Below are positions 30,303 to 39,810 of a stretch of DNA of 64,000 bases, one piece after another. The DNA is taken from contig JAHJOQ010000092.1 in assembly GCA_018820315.1 (NCBI GenBank), positions 6,591-70,590 of the forward strand, in the 5' to 3' direction. The first letter of the stretch is position 1; each line of letters begins with the position of its first letter. Made by a program: the position numbers and the translations under genes. The DNA is from Candidatus Zixiibacteriota bacterium (GTDB lineage: Bacteria > Zixibacteria > MSB-5A5 > JAABVY01 > JAHJOQ01). The notes beneath the pieces were generated by a model. That model was not told the origin of the DNA. It saw nothing but the letters and a program-made list of their open reading frames with translations, and did not search any database.

Positions 30303-30707
30303 TTATTCTTCCCAGCGGTTATCTATCGTCGCGTCACCGATCGTAAGGTCATGACAAGATATCTCGAAGTACTCGTGAATCTGGTCATCAGGACTGTTCT
30401 TGACGTGAGGGATCATCTCGATGTACTCCGTAATGAACCCCTCGTTCCACGTCAGCTCCTTCATCATCGCATCTGTTGGATTCTTGAAGGTCACCTTGCC
30501 GGCCTTCCAGTTTGGTGCGCTCGAATCCATTGCCCAACGAGCAATGTCTGACGTCTCGTCTGATTCTCTTCTGACCTTGATTGTGCCGGCATGAGCGCGG
30601 TCTGATGGACGGCCAGTTTCATCCTTGGCTGTGTACAGCCTGTAGCTGACCTCATAGACGTTCTTGTAGACGACGCCGTCGATTTCGAGAGTCGGTCTCC
30701 GTGCCAT
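30303..30707 (-). CDS. hcp: T6SS tube protein Hcp (TssD), Bacteroidetes/T6SS-iii sequence type
   Basis: LEIDGVVYKNVYEVSYRLY...GRPSDRAHAGTIKVRRESDETSD follows the pattern of FCB-type Hcp (L.IDG..Y...GRPS...GG.I...ES.E.S). 134 aa. Confidence 0.68.
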   Translation of the reverse strand: MARRPTLEIDGVVYKNVYEVSYRLYTAKDETGRPSDRAHAGTIKVRRESDETSDIARWAMDSSAPNWKAGKVTFKNPTDAMMKELTWNEGFITEYIEMIPHVKNSPDDQIHEYFEISCHDLTIGDATIDNRWEE

Positions 30708-30817
30708 AGTTTCTCTCCTTAGAATTCATTAGTGTTATGTTTCGCAACAAAACCTTAACATCCTGTTCCTGGCAGCAACAACTACCCTGACAGGAAGCTA
30801 TCTTGACTCACATTGGC

Positions 30818-32245
30818 TTACTTATCCTTTACGCTCGTCTGGTCATCCTGATTCCAGGCAGTGAACTCGATATTGAATGTCCTCGCTGGATATTTCGGAT
30901 TGAGCGCGACCTTAATATCGATCTCCTGACGCTTGCGCATCTCTTCATCAGCAAATATCTCGACGCGATAATCCTGAAGAATATTGTCACCGCCGCTAAT
31001 CGCTTTCATAAATTTGTCGATGTCGCGACGCATAGTGTCGACAAATTTCTGATCGATCACGGAGAACGTCTGTTTGTTCAGGTAATTGCGCAGAGTCTTA
31101 TACACATAATCGTATGTGCGACGAATGGAGTAGACGTTGAACGTCTCCTTGCTGAACAGTGTCGCGGCACCCATAGAAACTGCCGTGCCTTCAAAGCTGA
31201 CCATCGGGTTGACGCCTTTTTCATTTATCTTGCTGGCATCCGGCTGATTCGCCTTGAACCTCAGATACTTCGCATCGGCAATCTTCCCATGCTTGAAACC
31301 TGCCATCGGCTGCTGCATGCCGACTGTTGTGTCACCCTGGTACATCTTGCCGGCGACTGACGCTGACGGTGGTATCCACATGTCCTCGTCTTCGTACTGG
31401 TTCTGCTCGCGAGCCAGAAGGTAGTTCGCGAACACCGATACATACTGCTTGTAGTTGTCGATTCCGGGAAGGTTGGCGTAGTTTGGATCGTCGAGCATGT
31501 CCATGACTTCCTCGACACTCTCCAGATTGGGGAGGTCAGTCATGATGTGCAGCTTGTTCGGGAGACCGAGCTGTCGCGCGACGGTGTCAATGTTTTCGAC
31601 ACTGCCGAGATAACCGGGGATCACGGCCATCGAGAAGCAGTCTTTGATACTCCACTCGCGATAGAGATCGGCGACAGCTTTCGACAATTCCTCGAATTTC
31701 TCCTTGTCATCGGGATCGACCAGTTCCTCTCCGCTGACATTGGCGAAGTAGGCATTGACCTTCTCGTCCGGTTCCTGCTGGGCATTTGCGAAGAACTTGT
31801 CAATAGCGCGATAGGTCGTCTCAAGTTCGCGTGACTCCCTGTGCACTTTCTTCATATTCTTTTCGAGATTCGCCTCGAGCTTGGTAGACTGCTCATTAAG
31901 GCTCTTGCGGATGGTCTCGATATTTTCTTCCTTCGCGAAATTGTCTATCCAGATTCGCAGGCGCTCGGCGAGAAGTTTCCGTTGAGTTTCGAAGTCCTTC
32001 TTGGTCAGGAATTCTTTGCGCTGAAAGTCCTTCTTCGGATCGAGCCATTCTACGCCCCGAACGAGATCGCCATCAGTGGTCTTGAATGACGGAAGCAGTC
32101 CTGCCAGCTTCTTGAAATCACCGAATGTATCCCCCAGTATCGCCGCAAATTCCTCATCCGATACTTTCTCGACTTCGAGTGCTGGCTTTGCCGCGGCCGC
32201 CTCAGCAGCCTCTGCCTGTGGTTCCAATTTCTCTTCTTCACCCAT
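30818..32245 (-). CDS. tssC: T6SS contractile sheath large subunit TssC (VipB-like)
   Basis: 475 aa, acidic N-terminus. Immediately downstream of the tssB-like gene and upstream of hcp. Confidence 0.58.
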   Translation of the reverse strand: MGEEEKLEPQAEAAEAAAAKPALEVEKVSDEEFAAILGDTFGDFKKLAGLLPSFKTTDGDLVRGVEWLDPKKDFQRKEFLTKKDFETQRKLLAERLRIWIDNFAKEENIETIRKSLNEQSTKLEANLEKNMKKVHRESRELETTYRAIDKFFANAQQEPDEKVNAYFANVSGEELVDPDDKEKFEELSKAVADLYREWSIKDCFSMAVIPGYLGSVENIDTVARQLGLPNKLHIMTDLPNLESVEEVMDMLDDPNYANLPGIDNYKQYVSVFANYLLAREQNQYEDEDMWIPPSASVAGKMYQGDTTVGMQQPMAGFKHGKIADAKYLRFKANQPDASKINEKGVNPMVSFEGTAVSMGAATLFSKETFNVYSIRRTYDYVYKTLRNYLNKQTFSVIDQKFVDTMRRDIDKFMKAISGGDNILQDYRVEIFADEEMRKRQEIDIKVALNPKYPARTFNIEFTAWNQDDQTSVKDK

Positions 32246-32261
32246 CTATCTTCACCTCTTT

Positions 32262-32702
32262 CTATTCGCTCAAAAGATCGATGTAGTAAGCCATGACTTT
32301 CAGAAGAGCTTCTTTCTTGTCACTGTCCTGAAGGATCTTCTGCAGGGATTTGTTCTTCTTAAGCTGCTTGTCGAGATCGGACATCATCTCTTTGCTGTAA
32401 TATGTTTTCTGGAGATGCTCATTTTTCTCGATGAGTTCCTTGGACGTGAAATCTTTCATCGCCCGGATATCAAAGTCGCCGTTGACAGGCTCGCCGTCGG
32501 CAGTCTCCATCTCCACTGAGAAAGACGGCTGGAATTTCTCAAAGACTTCTTTGAGGTTGTTGCATCTCTTCGGTGCTACGTCGGCTTCCTCGCTGTTGTT
32601 GAGTTTTGCCGCGTACAACATCTTGTTGGAAGGGAGAAGTTCGACCGGGATAGAATCATCCCGTTGGATCTTCTCGGTCGCTCCCAAAATGAACTTCGCC
32701 AT
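32262..32702 (-). CDS. tssB: T6SS contractile sheath small subunit TssB (VipA-like)
   Basis: 146 aa. Architecture and C-terminal helical segment (FTSKELIEKNEHLQK...KEALLKVMAYYIDLL) resemble VipA. Adjacent to tssC. Confidence 0.55.
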   Translation of the reverse strand: MAKFILGATEKIQRDDSIPVELLPSNKMLYAAKLNNSEEADVAPKRCNNLKEVFEKFQPSFSVEMETADGEPVNGDFDIRAMKDFTSKELIEKNEHLQKTYYSKEMMSDLDKQLKKNKSLQKILQDSDKKEALLKVMAYYIDLLSE

Positions 32703-32733
32703 TTATCCCTCCAGGTTCGAAAGGAATGAACTG

Positions 32734-33831
32734 TTATTTACTTCTCTCAGTGGTGAACGTGTAGTTGTCGTCCTTTACTCCTATGTTAACACGATCTCCA
32801 GCTTTTATCTTACCGGTTATTATATCAACTGACAGTCTGTTGACGATATCTCGCTCAATGATTCTCTGGATCGGTCTTGCTCCGAGCTCGAATGTGTAAC
32901 CATCCTTCGCCAGTTTCGACTTCGCTTCCTTGCTGAGAGTGGCCTCGATATTCTGGTCAGATAGCATACCGCAGAGATTGTTGAATTCAAGACCCGCTAT
33001 CACTTCTACCTGCTCCGGCGTGAATGTGTGATAGATAATGATGTCATTGAGACGGTTCAGGAACTCCGGTCTGAATTTGCTGAAAAGGAAAGTGCGAACT
33101 TCATCCATATCGACATCGCGACCCTCTCTATCAGCATCCAGAATCTTGTCTGCGGCATAGTTCGACGTTAGTACGACGATCGTGTTGGAAAAGTCGACGG
33201 TTCGATTCTGTCCATCTGTCAGCCTGCCATCATCAAGAAGCTGCAACAGAACGTTAAAGACATCGGGGTGAGCTTTCTCGGTCTCATCAAAAAGCACGAT
33301 AGAGAACGGTTTCCGTCGCACCGCTTCCGTCAGAACACCTCCAGCCTCATATCCGACATATCCGGGCGGAGCGCCTATCAGCTTGGCGACAGAGTGCGAC
33401 TCCATAAATTCCGACATGTCGAGTCTAACCATTGCGTTCTTGTCGTCGAAGAGAAACTCCGCAAGCAGCTTTGGCAGATATGTCTTGCCGGTGCCGGTAG
33501 GTCCGAGAAACAAGAACGACCCGACTGGTCTGTTTGCAAGCTTCAGTCCAGCCCTTGCCTTGCGAATCGCATTGGCTATAGCTTCAATCGCCTTCTCCTG
33601 CCCGACGATTTTCCTGGACAGGAATGATTCCATATTGATCAGACGGTCTTTTTCTGCTGTCAACATCTTGGAGACAGGTATGCCGGTTCGGCGGGCGACG
33701 ACAGAAGCAACATCAGCGTCCTCAATTGTGCGCTCTATGGATTCAGCCACTTTCTTCAATGGCGCGAACTTCCTCACCTTCTCGTCGAAATCCTTCTTCA
33801 GGAGTTCAATGTTTGTGACATCTATAGGCAT
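32734..33831 (-). CDS. clpV: ClpV/ClpB-type AAA+ ATPase, C-terminal half (M-domain remainder + NBD2 + C-terminal small domain)
   Basis: VGQEKAIEAIANAIRKARAGL sensor block. Walker A GPTGTGKT. Walker B VLFDETEKAH. Sensor-2 region LDDGRLTDGQNRTVDFSNTIVVLTSN. Start ATG shares one A with the stop of the upstream half (TAATG). Confidence 0.8.
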   Translation of the reverse strand: MPIDVTNIELLKKDFDEKVRKFAPLKKVAESIERTIEDADVASVVARRTGIPVSKMLTAEKDRLINMESFLSRKIVGQEKAIEAIANAIRKARAGLKLANRPVGSFLFLGPTGTGKTYLPKLLAEFLFDDKNAMVRLDMSEFMESHSVAKLIGAPPGYVGYEAGGVLTEAVRRKPFSIVLFDETEKAHPDVFNVLLQLLDDGRLTDGQNRTVDFSNTIVVLTSNYAADKILDADREGRDVDMDEVRTFLFSKFRPEFLNRLNDIIIYHTFTPEQVEVIAGLEFNNLCGMLSDQNIEATLSKEAKSKLAKDGYTFELGARPIQRIIERDIVNRLSVDIITGKIKAGDRVNIGVKDDNYTFTTERSK

Positions 33832-35288
33832 TATTCCACCCCCTCAGAAGCTTCGACCCGATGTCCCCAGAATTCCTGAAGGCGATCGAAATTTCTGGAG
33901 AAGTCATCATACTTCTCCTGAAGTTCATCGAATTTCTCTTTCTCCTTGTCGGGATTCTTGCCTTCCAAAGCTTCTATTAGTCCTTTCAACTCAGCGATGT
34001 TGGTCTCGATCTCAACGACTCGAGTTTTGCTGAACTCTTCTTTGACCGCAAGCTCTGATGCAGATTCATCAACGAGGTCGAGGGCGATGTCAGGGAGGTT
34101 CCGTTCGCTGAGATATCGCATCGCATATCTTACTGAACCTGTTATAGCCTCATCCGTGAACGATATCTTGTGATGGTCCTCGTACTTCGCTATCACGCCC
34201 TTAACTATCCTTACAGCGTCATCGAAATTAGGCTGCTCGACTTTCACCCGCTCGAATCTCCTGTCGAGTGCCTTGTCTTTTTCGATGTACTTGGTGTATT
34301 CTTCCTCGGTGGTAGCACCGATCAGCCGCATATGGCCGCGCGCGAGGGCCGGCTTGATGAGGTTTGCCGCATCCATGCCGCCCGATACGTTACCAGCACC
34401 TACCAACGTGTGGATTTCATCGATGAACAGGATAATCTTGCCACCGGATTTGACAACTTCGCTGACTAATGACTTGAATCGCTCTTCGAATTCGCCCTTG
34501 TACTTCGCACCCGCAACGAGCGATCCCATGTCGACAGCCATGACTTTAACATTCTGGAGGGCTTTCGGAACCTCGTTAGCGATGACCGCCTGAGCAAAGC
34601 CTTCGACAATAGCGCTCTTACCGACTCCTGCACCGCCTACCAGTGAGGGGCTATTTTTTCTGCGCCTCAGAAGAATCTGGATCAGCTGCTGAAGCTCCTT
34701 TTCGCGGCCGATCATCGGGTCGAATTCGCCTGCAGCCGCCTGGTTAGTCATGTCGATACAATACTTGAGCGTGCCTGCGATTTCTTTCTTACCTTGCGCC
34801 TCGGCGCCTGTCCCGGACAAAGCAGCACCTGCCGTTGCGATCTCCTCAACAGACTTGGTGTCTGCTATTGCTCGATAGATATCTTCTTTCTTGATATCGA
34901 CCTTTTCACGCACATAAGGGGAGAGGCCCGACTTCGGATCGAATACTGCTATGAAAATGTGCTCGGGCTCAACAAGAGGATCGAACAGCTTAGCTTTCTC
35001 TTCCAGAGCATCGGTCAAAGTATCCTGCACGGCAGGGGAGACTGTCTGGTTCTCTTTGGTCGATGACCTCTTCGGAATCTCTTTCAGGTGCTCCTCCGCG
35101 ATCGCTTCGATGAATGCGACACTCTTGCCAAGCTGATTCAGTATCGACTCGACTTCAGAGGAATCATGTCGAATCGTCGCGATAAGGAGGTGTTCGACGT
35201 AGATTTCCGGGTGCTTGAATGATGCTGCTACTTCACGGGCGACTCGAATTACCGCCCGGGAATCAGCCGAATAACTTGCGATATCCAT
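33831..35288 (-). CDS. clpV: ClpV/ClpB-type AAA+ ATPase, N-terminal half (Clp_N domain + NBD1 + start of coiled-coil M-domain)
   Basis: Clp N-domain repeats. NBD1 Walker A LVGGAGVGKSAIVEG. Walker B ILFIDEIHTLVGAG. C-terminal coiled coil ending at a TAA that overlaps the next ATG. Confidence 0.8.
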   Translation of the reverse strand: MDIASYSADSRAVIRVAREVAASFKHPEIYVEHLLIATIRHDSSEVESILNQLGKSVAFIEAIAEEHLKEIPKRSSTKENQTVSPAVQDTLTDALEEKAKLFDPLVEPEHIFIAVFDPKSGLSPYVREKVDIKKEDIYRAIADTKSVEEIATAGAALSGTGAEAQGKKEIAGTLKYCIDMTNQAAAGEFDPMIGREKELQQLIQILLRRRKNSPSLVGGAGVGKSAIVEGFAQAVIANEVPKALQNVKVMAVDMGSLVAGAKYKGEFEERFKSLVSEVVKSGGKIILFIDEIHTLVGAGNVSGGMDAANLIKPALARGHMRLIGATTEEEYTKYIEKDKALDRRFERVKVEQPNFDDAVRIVKGVIAKYEDHHKISFTDEAITGSVRYAMRYLSERNLPDIALDLVDESASELAVKEEFSKTRVVEIETNIAELKGLIEALEGKNPDKEKEKFDELQEKYDDFSRNFDRLQEFWGHRVEASEGVE

Positions 35289-35459
35289 ATTAGACTATAG
35301 CACTCCATGCTTCTAGTTCGATATTCCGCAGTTGTATCAGCCCCGTAGATGCATCTCTGCGCTCAAAGTGTCTGTCTGACGACCGAACCGATAATAGCGT
35401 TATATAAATCCTATGTCAAGAGCTTTTATGACCCAACATAGGGCATTCCAGGCCTTCCG

Positions 35460-36665
35460 TTACTTCGGCGCAAATCTATCGGACTCAATGTAATTCACAG
35501 TTTCGCTGTCTATCTCAATGCCATCAGTGTAGGTCACCCTAGCCAGAGAGAGTCTCCTGAACGTTCCGTTTGAAATGACCAGGTAGTCAGAGAATTCGCA
35601 GTCGCTGATCGCCACGCCAGTCATCTGTGCTCCCTCGAAGTTCGCACCTGATATCTTGCAGCTGGTAATCTCTCCACCAGATCCGAAAACTGACTCTACG
35701 CAATAGAGATACGCGAGATTGCTGTTGCGTAGGGTGAGGCTATCGACCTTGGAAATGTAGATTTTCGGCTCCGACATCTTCTCGCAACTGTCGATCGTGA
35801 GCAGCTGGCAGTCAGAGTTGACGATGTTGAGGCCATTGAAACCGCTGCATCCGAGGATGATCAACTGCTGGATCTTCGCTTTTCCAAAGGAGATGCTCTT
35901 GCTTTCGCATTTTTCAAACAGGAGCTTCTTTATAGTGCTTTCACCGAAGCTGCCTGACATGATGTTCGACTCAGAAATCTTTAGATCGTCGATTTTGGCA
36001 TTGCCGAATACAACGAGTTCCAACTTGCCGTCAATGATCTCAGTCAAGTCGAATCTGGCATGATAGAGACTTGTGTTGTGCCAATCTGGTTTGATTAGCT
36101 TGGTGTTAATGAACTCTGCCCTGGTGTATATACCGGAATCATCGGCGCAATTGCTAAATGTGCATTTTCTGAAGGCTGCATCACTTAGCTTTGCTCTAAC
36201 GCTTCGGCAGTCTGTGAAAGAACAGTTGTTGAATGTGCTCTGTTCAAAAGATACACCTCCGAATTCACACTCAATAAAACGGACATCCGTGAACTGGGAA
36301 TTCGAGAAGTCGTCGGAGGCGAACTTGACATTTCTGAACTCCGAATTTGTGATCCGGGCTTCCCTGCCCGCGACATTCTTAAATCCAATGTTCTTCAACG
36401 ATGACTGATTAAGCACGATGCCGGATATGTCCAGTTCCTCAATCAGCTTATCCTCGACGTGCCACCCCAACTGACCGACTTCGGCATTGAATTTCTCAAT
36501 GTCTTTGAGATCACTTTTTTCCTTGTCGCTTAATTCGGACGTCATACAGGAAACTCCTCCCAGGCTGATCATGACCACGAATACGAGCCATATCCGCAAG
36601 GGCTTAACGGTATTTCTCAAATCGCCTTCTCCACTCATAGTCGGGTATTTCGGCTCGGTCCACAT
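35460..36665 (-). CDS. pentapeptide-repeat protein with N-terminal signal/anchor (TagAB-like T6SS accessory candidate)
   Basis: Long runs of A(D/N)LxX-type pentapeptide repeats across aa 90-390. N-terminal hydrophobic segment LRIWLVFVVMISLGGVSC. Confidence 0.72.
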   Translation of the reverse strand: MWTEPKYPTMSGEGDLRNTVKPLRIWLVFVVMISLGGVSCMTSELSDKEKSDLKDIEKFNAEVGQLGWHVEDKLIEELDISGIVLNQSSLKNIGFKNVAGREARITNSEFRNVKFASDDFSNSQFTDVRFIECEFGGVSFEQSTFNNCSFTDCRSVRAKLSDAAFRKCTFSNCADDSGIYTRAEFINTKLIKPDWHNTSLYHARFDLTEIIDGKLELVVFGNAKIDDLKISESNIMSGSFGESTIKKLLFEKCESKSISFGKAKIQQLIILGCSGFNGLNIVNSDCQLLTIDSCEKMSEPKIYISKVDSLTLRNSNLAYLYCVESVFGSGGEITSCKISGANFEGAQMTGVAISDCEFSDYLVISNGTFRRLSLARVTYTDGIEIDSETVNYIESDRFAPK

Positions 36666-39600
36666 CTCTTTCGATTGTATACACTTTGTGAGTGTCAGTT
36701 CCGAATATCCCTCCGCCAGAGGTGTCCGAGTCTATCTGAATCTCGAAGTTCCACCTGCTGTCGAAATCGTAATGGGAAACGAGAGGGCTTCTCTGATTGA
36801 ACTTTATCGACATGAAGATTGATCGCTCGTTGTTGCCGGCAACGAAATTGAAGAACGTCTGCGCATCCCTGCCGCGCGGTATTATCCATCGGCTTGAGCC
36901 GTCATATTGCATCTGAATCTTTTTCCACTCTCCATCGGCGGCATAGACATAAATCACAATGTCTTCCAAATTCACTAAATTGCGTACATGCTGGAAAATA
37001 ACCAATCTGAATCTGTAGTCGACCGTCCCGCGATGTTCGTCGCGGATGAGGAACTTGTCCGATTCGAATGTCTCAAGGACTCGATCATGGTGACCGATTG
37101 TCGGGTTATTTTCAAGTATGTCATAATAGTCAACTGCTACCGCTATTCGCGGCTTTGTAGCCGCCTTGACAGGCTCCATCCTCTCGACATCACCCGCTGA
37201 ATCGAAGCAGATCTTCGAACCTGCCGAGTGGTCACTTCCCACGCCGTTGAACTCGCCTGCCTTGTTGAGTCTCGGATGCGGCCCTGCGGAGTCTGACACT
37301 ATCACTATGGGAGTGACTCGCCTGCCGGTAGCTCTAAGCGCAGGATAATCTGAGAAATCGTAGTAGCTGGTTTTCACCGAATTGTCACCGCTGTAATCTA
37401 GTCGGTTAATGGTGTAGAAGCCTCTTCGATGCGAATGCCCCGTCAATACGACCTGTATGGTGCGGCGAGTGACAAGATGTTCTTCATAGAGCGGCTGTCT
37501 GTTGGTCTCGAATGTCCCCTGATCATGATCGTCTGCATCCCAGTATGTGTCGAATTCCACATCTCCCTCTTCAGCAGTGCTCATGGGGATGCTTTCGAGA
37601 TAGCTGACAAATGTGAAGTGGCTTGTGAATATGATCTTCTTCTGATCTTCGATTGCGCGGTTCAACAGTGCAAGCTGAGTGTCGGTCACTGGATCATCGG
37701 CTCTCGGAAGATGGCCGAAGCCCTGATCTATTCCGGGGAAATCTAGCACATCTTCCTCATCTCCCCACGCCATTCCGACAAGGTTTTGGTCAGGAAATCC
37801 TGAAGCGAAATCAGAGAAAGGAGTGAACACAGTATAGAACCACTGAAGTTTCTCGTAATGGAACGTACCCATTTCCTTGACTACCCCATAAGTCTCTCCG
37901 AATGCGAGTGTCGCTTCATAGATGGTCAGATTGTGATCCGCAGCGATGCCGGGATTGGCACGGACCCATGCGACTCGAGGAGAGATACCGTATGGCAGCG
38001 CATACGCATCGTGATTTCCTGTGACAACGTAAACGGGCTTCTGATATCTCTTGTAGAAATAGACTATGAGCGTATATAGGGCGATAGCGTCAACATAATC
38101 CTGATATCTTGATTCGTATGAATCGTCGAGGGCAACCTGATCCCAAATCTGCTTAACCGTTCTACTTGTCCTGTCCGGATAGAGCATTTTGTTGAAATCA
38201 ATGAGATCTCCTGTAAGCATGAGCGCGTGGATCCCAGGATCACTTCCTACGCGGTCAAGCAGGGACTTTATGATGCGCGTGGAGACTCCAATCATAGAAC
38301 CTATTTTGGGAGAATCCTCCAGCGGGATTTCTTCCTCAGCGACAATCAGCGTCACTTGAACCTGCTGTGGCGAGTTGTTCGCCTCCGCAGATGAGATCGT
38401 AATCGAAGACTGATATGTGCCTGGTTCCCTGCCGCTGGCATTGGTGGAAATGAGAGCTGAATTTGGATTGTCGGATGTAGTAACGCCCGATGCAGGACTG
38501 ATGCTTACCCAGTCATCATCTGGAGCTGCAGTCCAATTCAGTGTGTCGCCTCCGGTATTGACTATGGTGACCGATTGAGGTCCTGTGTCGGCACCGCCCG
38601 GATGTGCAACAATCGCAACCGACTCGGGAGAAACGTGAAGGTGCGGAGGATTCTCAGTCTGTGGTGGCGGAGAGGAGGGAGGCACGACGATCTCCTCTCC
38701 CGGATATATCAGATCGGGATCGCCGCTTCTGAGACGCTGCGAATTCGGGATACCTGTTCCGCCGTCATAGTGCCAGAGCTGCTGCCATGTCATGCCATAG
38801 CGTGAGGCAATCTTGGAAAGCCAGTCGCCGCTCACAATGACATAGATGTCATATGTCGGGGCGGGAGAGGGGGGAGACTGAGAATCAGATTGAGTCTCCG
38901 ATGGTGTCTCAGATGATGGCGGTGCGCCTTCGGATGGCTGCGCTGCGACCGTCTCAAATGGATACTCAATGACCCTTGCTTCGCATCTGGACAATACGGT
39001 CTGCCTTGCGGCAAGGTGAATGTCTGTCAGATGTCCCATGTTCAAGTATGGTGGGCATTGCTCGTAATAGACCACAGGATGATAGGCCTGAATAGGGTTC
39101 ATCAGATCCGCTTCTGTGTGGTCAACATCATCTTCAGTTAATCTATAGCAGTACTGTCCACCCTCGATTATATTGGGACCATTCATATTTCGGAGAACAG
39201 TTCTTATTTGATCATCCTGAATCTCGTTTGATGTAATCTTTCCCGGTTCGACGCGATTTAGAGTATGTGTTGGAACGACACCCGGTCCGGATGCGGGAGC
39301 AGCACCGGCGGATGTTATCTCATGCCAGGTCTGATCATGCGGATAGAGCCAGAATAGATTATTAACACCGTTGGCGAGCAGATTAGTGTGTCTGATGGAG
39401 ACGCAGTACAACTGCGTGTACGCCGCGTCACGAAGCATCTGAAGGGATTGGCTGTCAAGAACCCCTTTGAATCTGGTGTCAGTGGCTATGACATTTTCAT
39501 CTAAGACTATACTGCGGAAAGATATTTCAACCGACCCATCCAATTGCGAAAGAGGATTAACTGAGAAACTTTTGGCCGGATCAAGGCCTCCGGTGATCTT

Positions 39601-39786
39601 TATCTGATAATCGATGTTGTCATTGGATAGTGTATAACCGTCATTTAGGAGTATTAGCAATTCAATATCCCGGGGACTCTGCGTGCCCACGACTACCTGC
39701 GGGGTTAGCAGCGACGGATATAATATCATTGCGGGAATGGCATAAATTACATCGTGACGTCTTCCGGTTGTACCTTGTGGACTCAT
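36604..39786 (-). CDS. large multidomain protein (1060 aa): N-terminal domain, Pro/Ser-rich linker, LysM peptidoglycan-binding domain, Ig-like domain, calcineurin-like metallophosphoesterase domain
   Basis: LysM: YDIYVIVSGDWLSKIASRYGMTWQQLW...LIYPGEEIVVP. MPP motifs: ALMLTGDLID, YVVTGNHDAY, VLTGHSHRRG. Confidence 0.6.
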   Translation of the reverse strand: MSPQGTTGRRHDVIYAIPAMILYPSLLTPQVVVGTQSPRDIELLILLNDGYTLSNDNIDYQIKITGGLDPAKSFSVNPLSQLDGSVEISFRSIVLDENVIATDTRFKGVLDSQSLQMLRDAAYTQLYCVSIRHTNLLANGVNNLFWLYPHDQTWHEITSAGAAPASGPGVVPTHTLNRVEPGKITSNEIQDDQIRTVLRNMNGPNIIEGGQYCYRLTEDDVDHTEADLMNPIQAYHPVVYYEQCPPYLNMGHLTDIHLAARQTVLSRCEARVIEYPFETVAAQPSEGAPPSSETPSETQSDSQSPPSPAPTYDIYVIVSGDWLSKIASRYGMTWQQLWHYDGGTGIPNSQRLRSGDPDLIYPGEEIVVPPSSPPPQTENPPHLHVSPESVAIVAHPGGADTGPQSVTIVNTGGDTLNWTAAPDDDWVSISPASGVTTSDNPNSALISTNASGREPGTYQSSITISSAEANNSPQQVQVTLIVAEEEIPLEDSPKIGSMIGVSTRIIKSLLDRVGSDPGIHALMLTGDLIDFNKMLYPDRTSRTVKQIWDQVALDDSYESRYQDYVDAIALYTLIVYFYKRYQKPVYVVTGNHDAYALPYGISPRVAWVRANPGIAADHNLTIYEATLAFGETYGVVKEMGTFHYEKLQWFYTVFTPFSDFASGFPDQNLVGMAWGDEEDVLDFPGIDQGFGHLPRADDPVTDTQLALLNRAIEDQKKIIFTSHFTFVSYLESIPMSTAEEGDVEFDTYWDADDHDQGTFETNRQPLYEEHLVTRRTIQVVLTGHSHRRGFYTINRLDYSGDNSVKTSYYDFSDYPALRATGRRVTPIVIVSDSAGPHPRLNKAGEFNGVGSDHSAGSKICFDSAGDVERMEPVKAATKPRIAVAVDYYDILENNPTIGHHDRVLETFESDKFLIRDEHRGTVDYRFRLVIFQHVRNLVNLEDIVIYVYAADGEWKKIQMQYDGSSRWIIPRGRDAQTFFNFVAGNNERSIFMSIKFNQRSPLVSHYDFDSRWNFEIQIDSDTSGGGIFGTDTHKVYTIERDVDRAEIPDYEWRRRFEKYR

Positions 39787-39810
39787 GCTGACAACACCGT
39801 GCGCATTTGG

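Noticed and set aside
30803-31360. 185-aa plus-strand ORF
   Set aside because: Antisense to the tssC-like gene.
33383-34033. 216-aa plus-strand ORF spanning the clpV split junction
   Set aside because: Antisense to both ClpV halves, which carry unambiguous AAA+ motifs on the minus strand.
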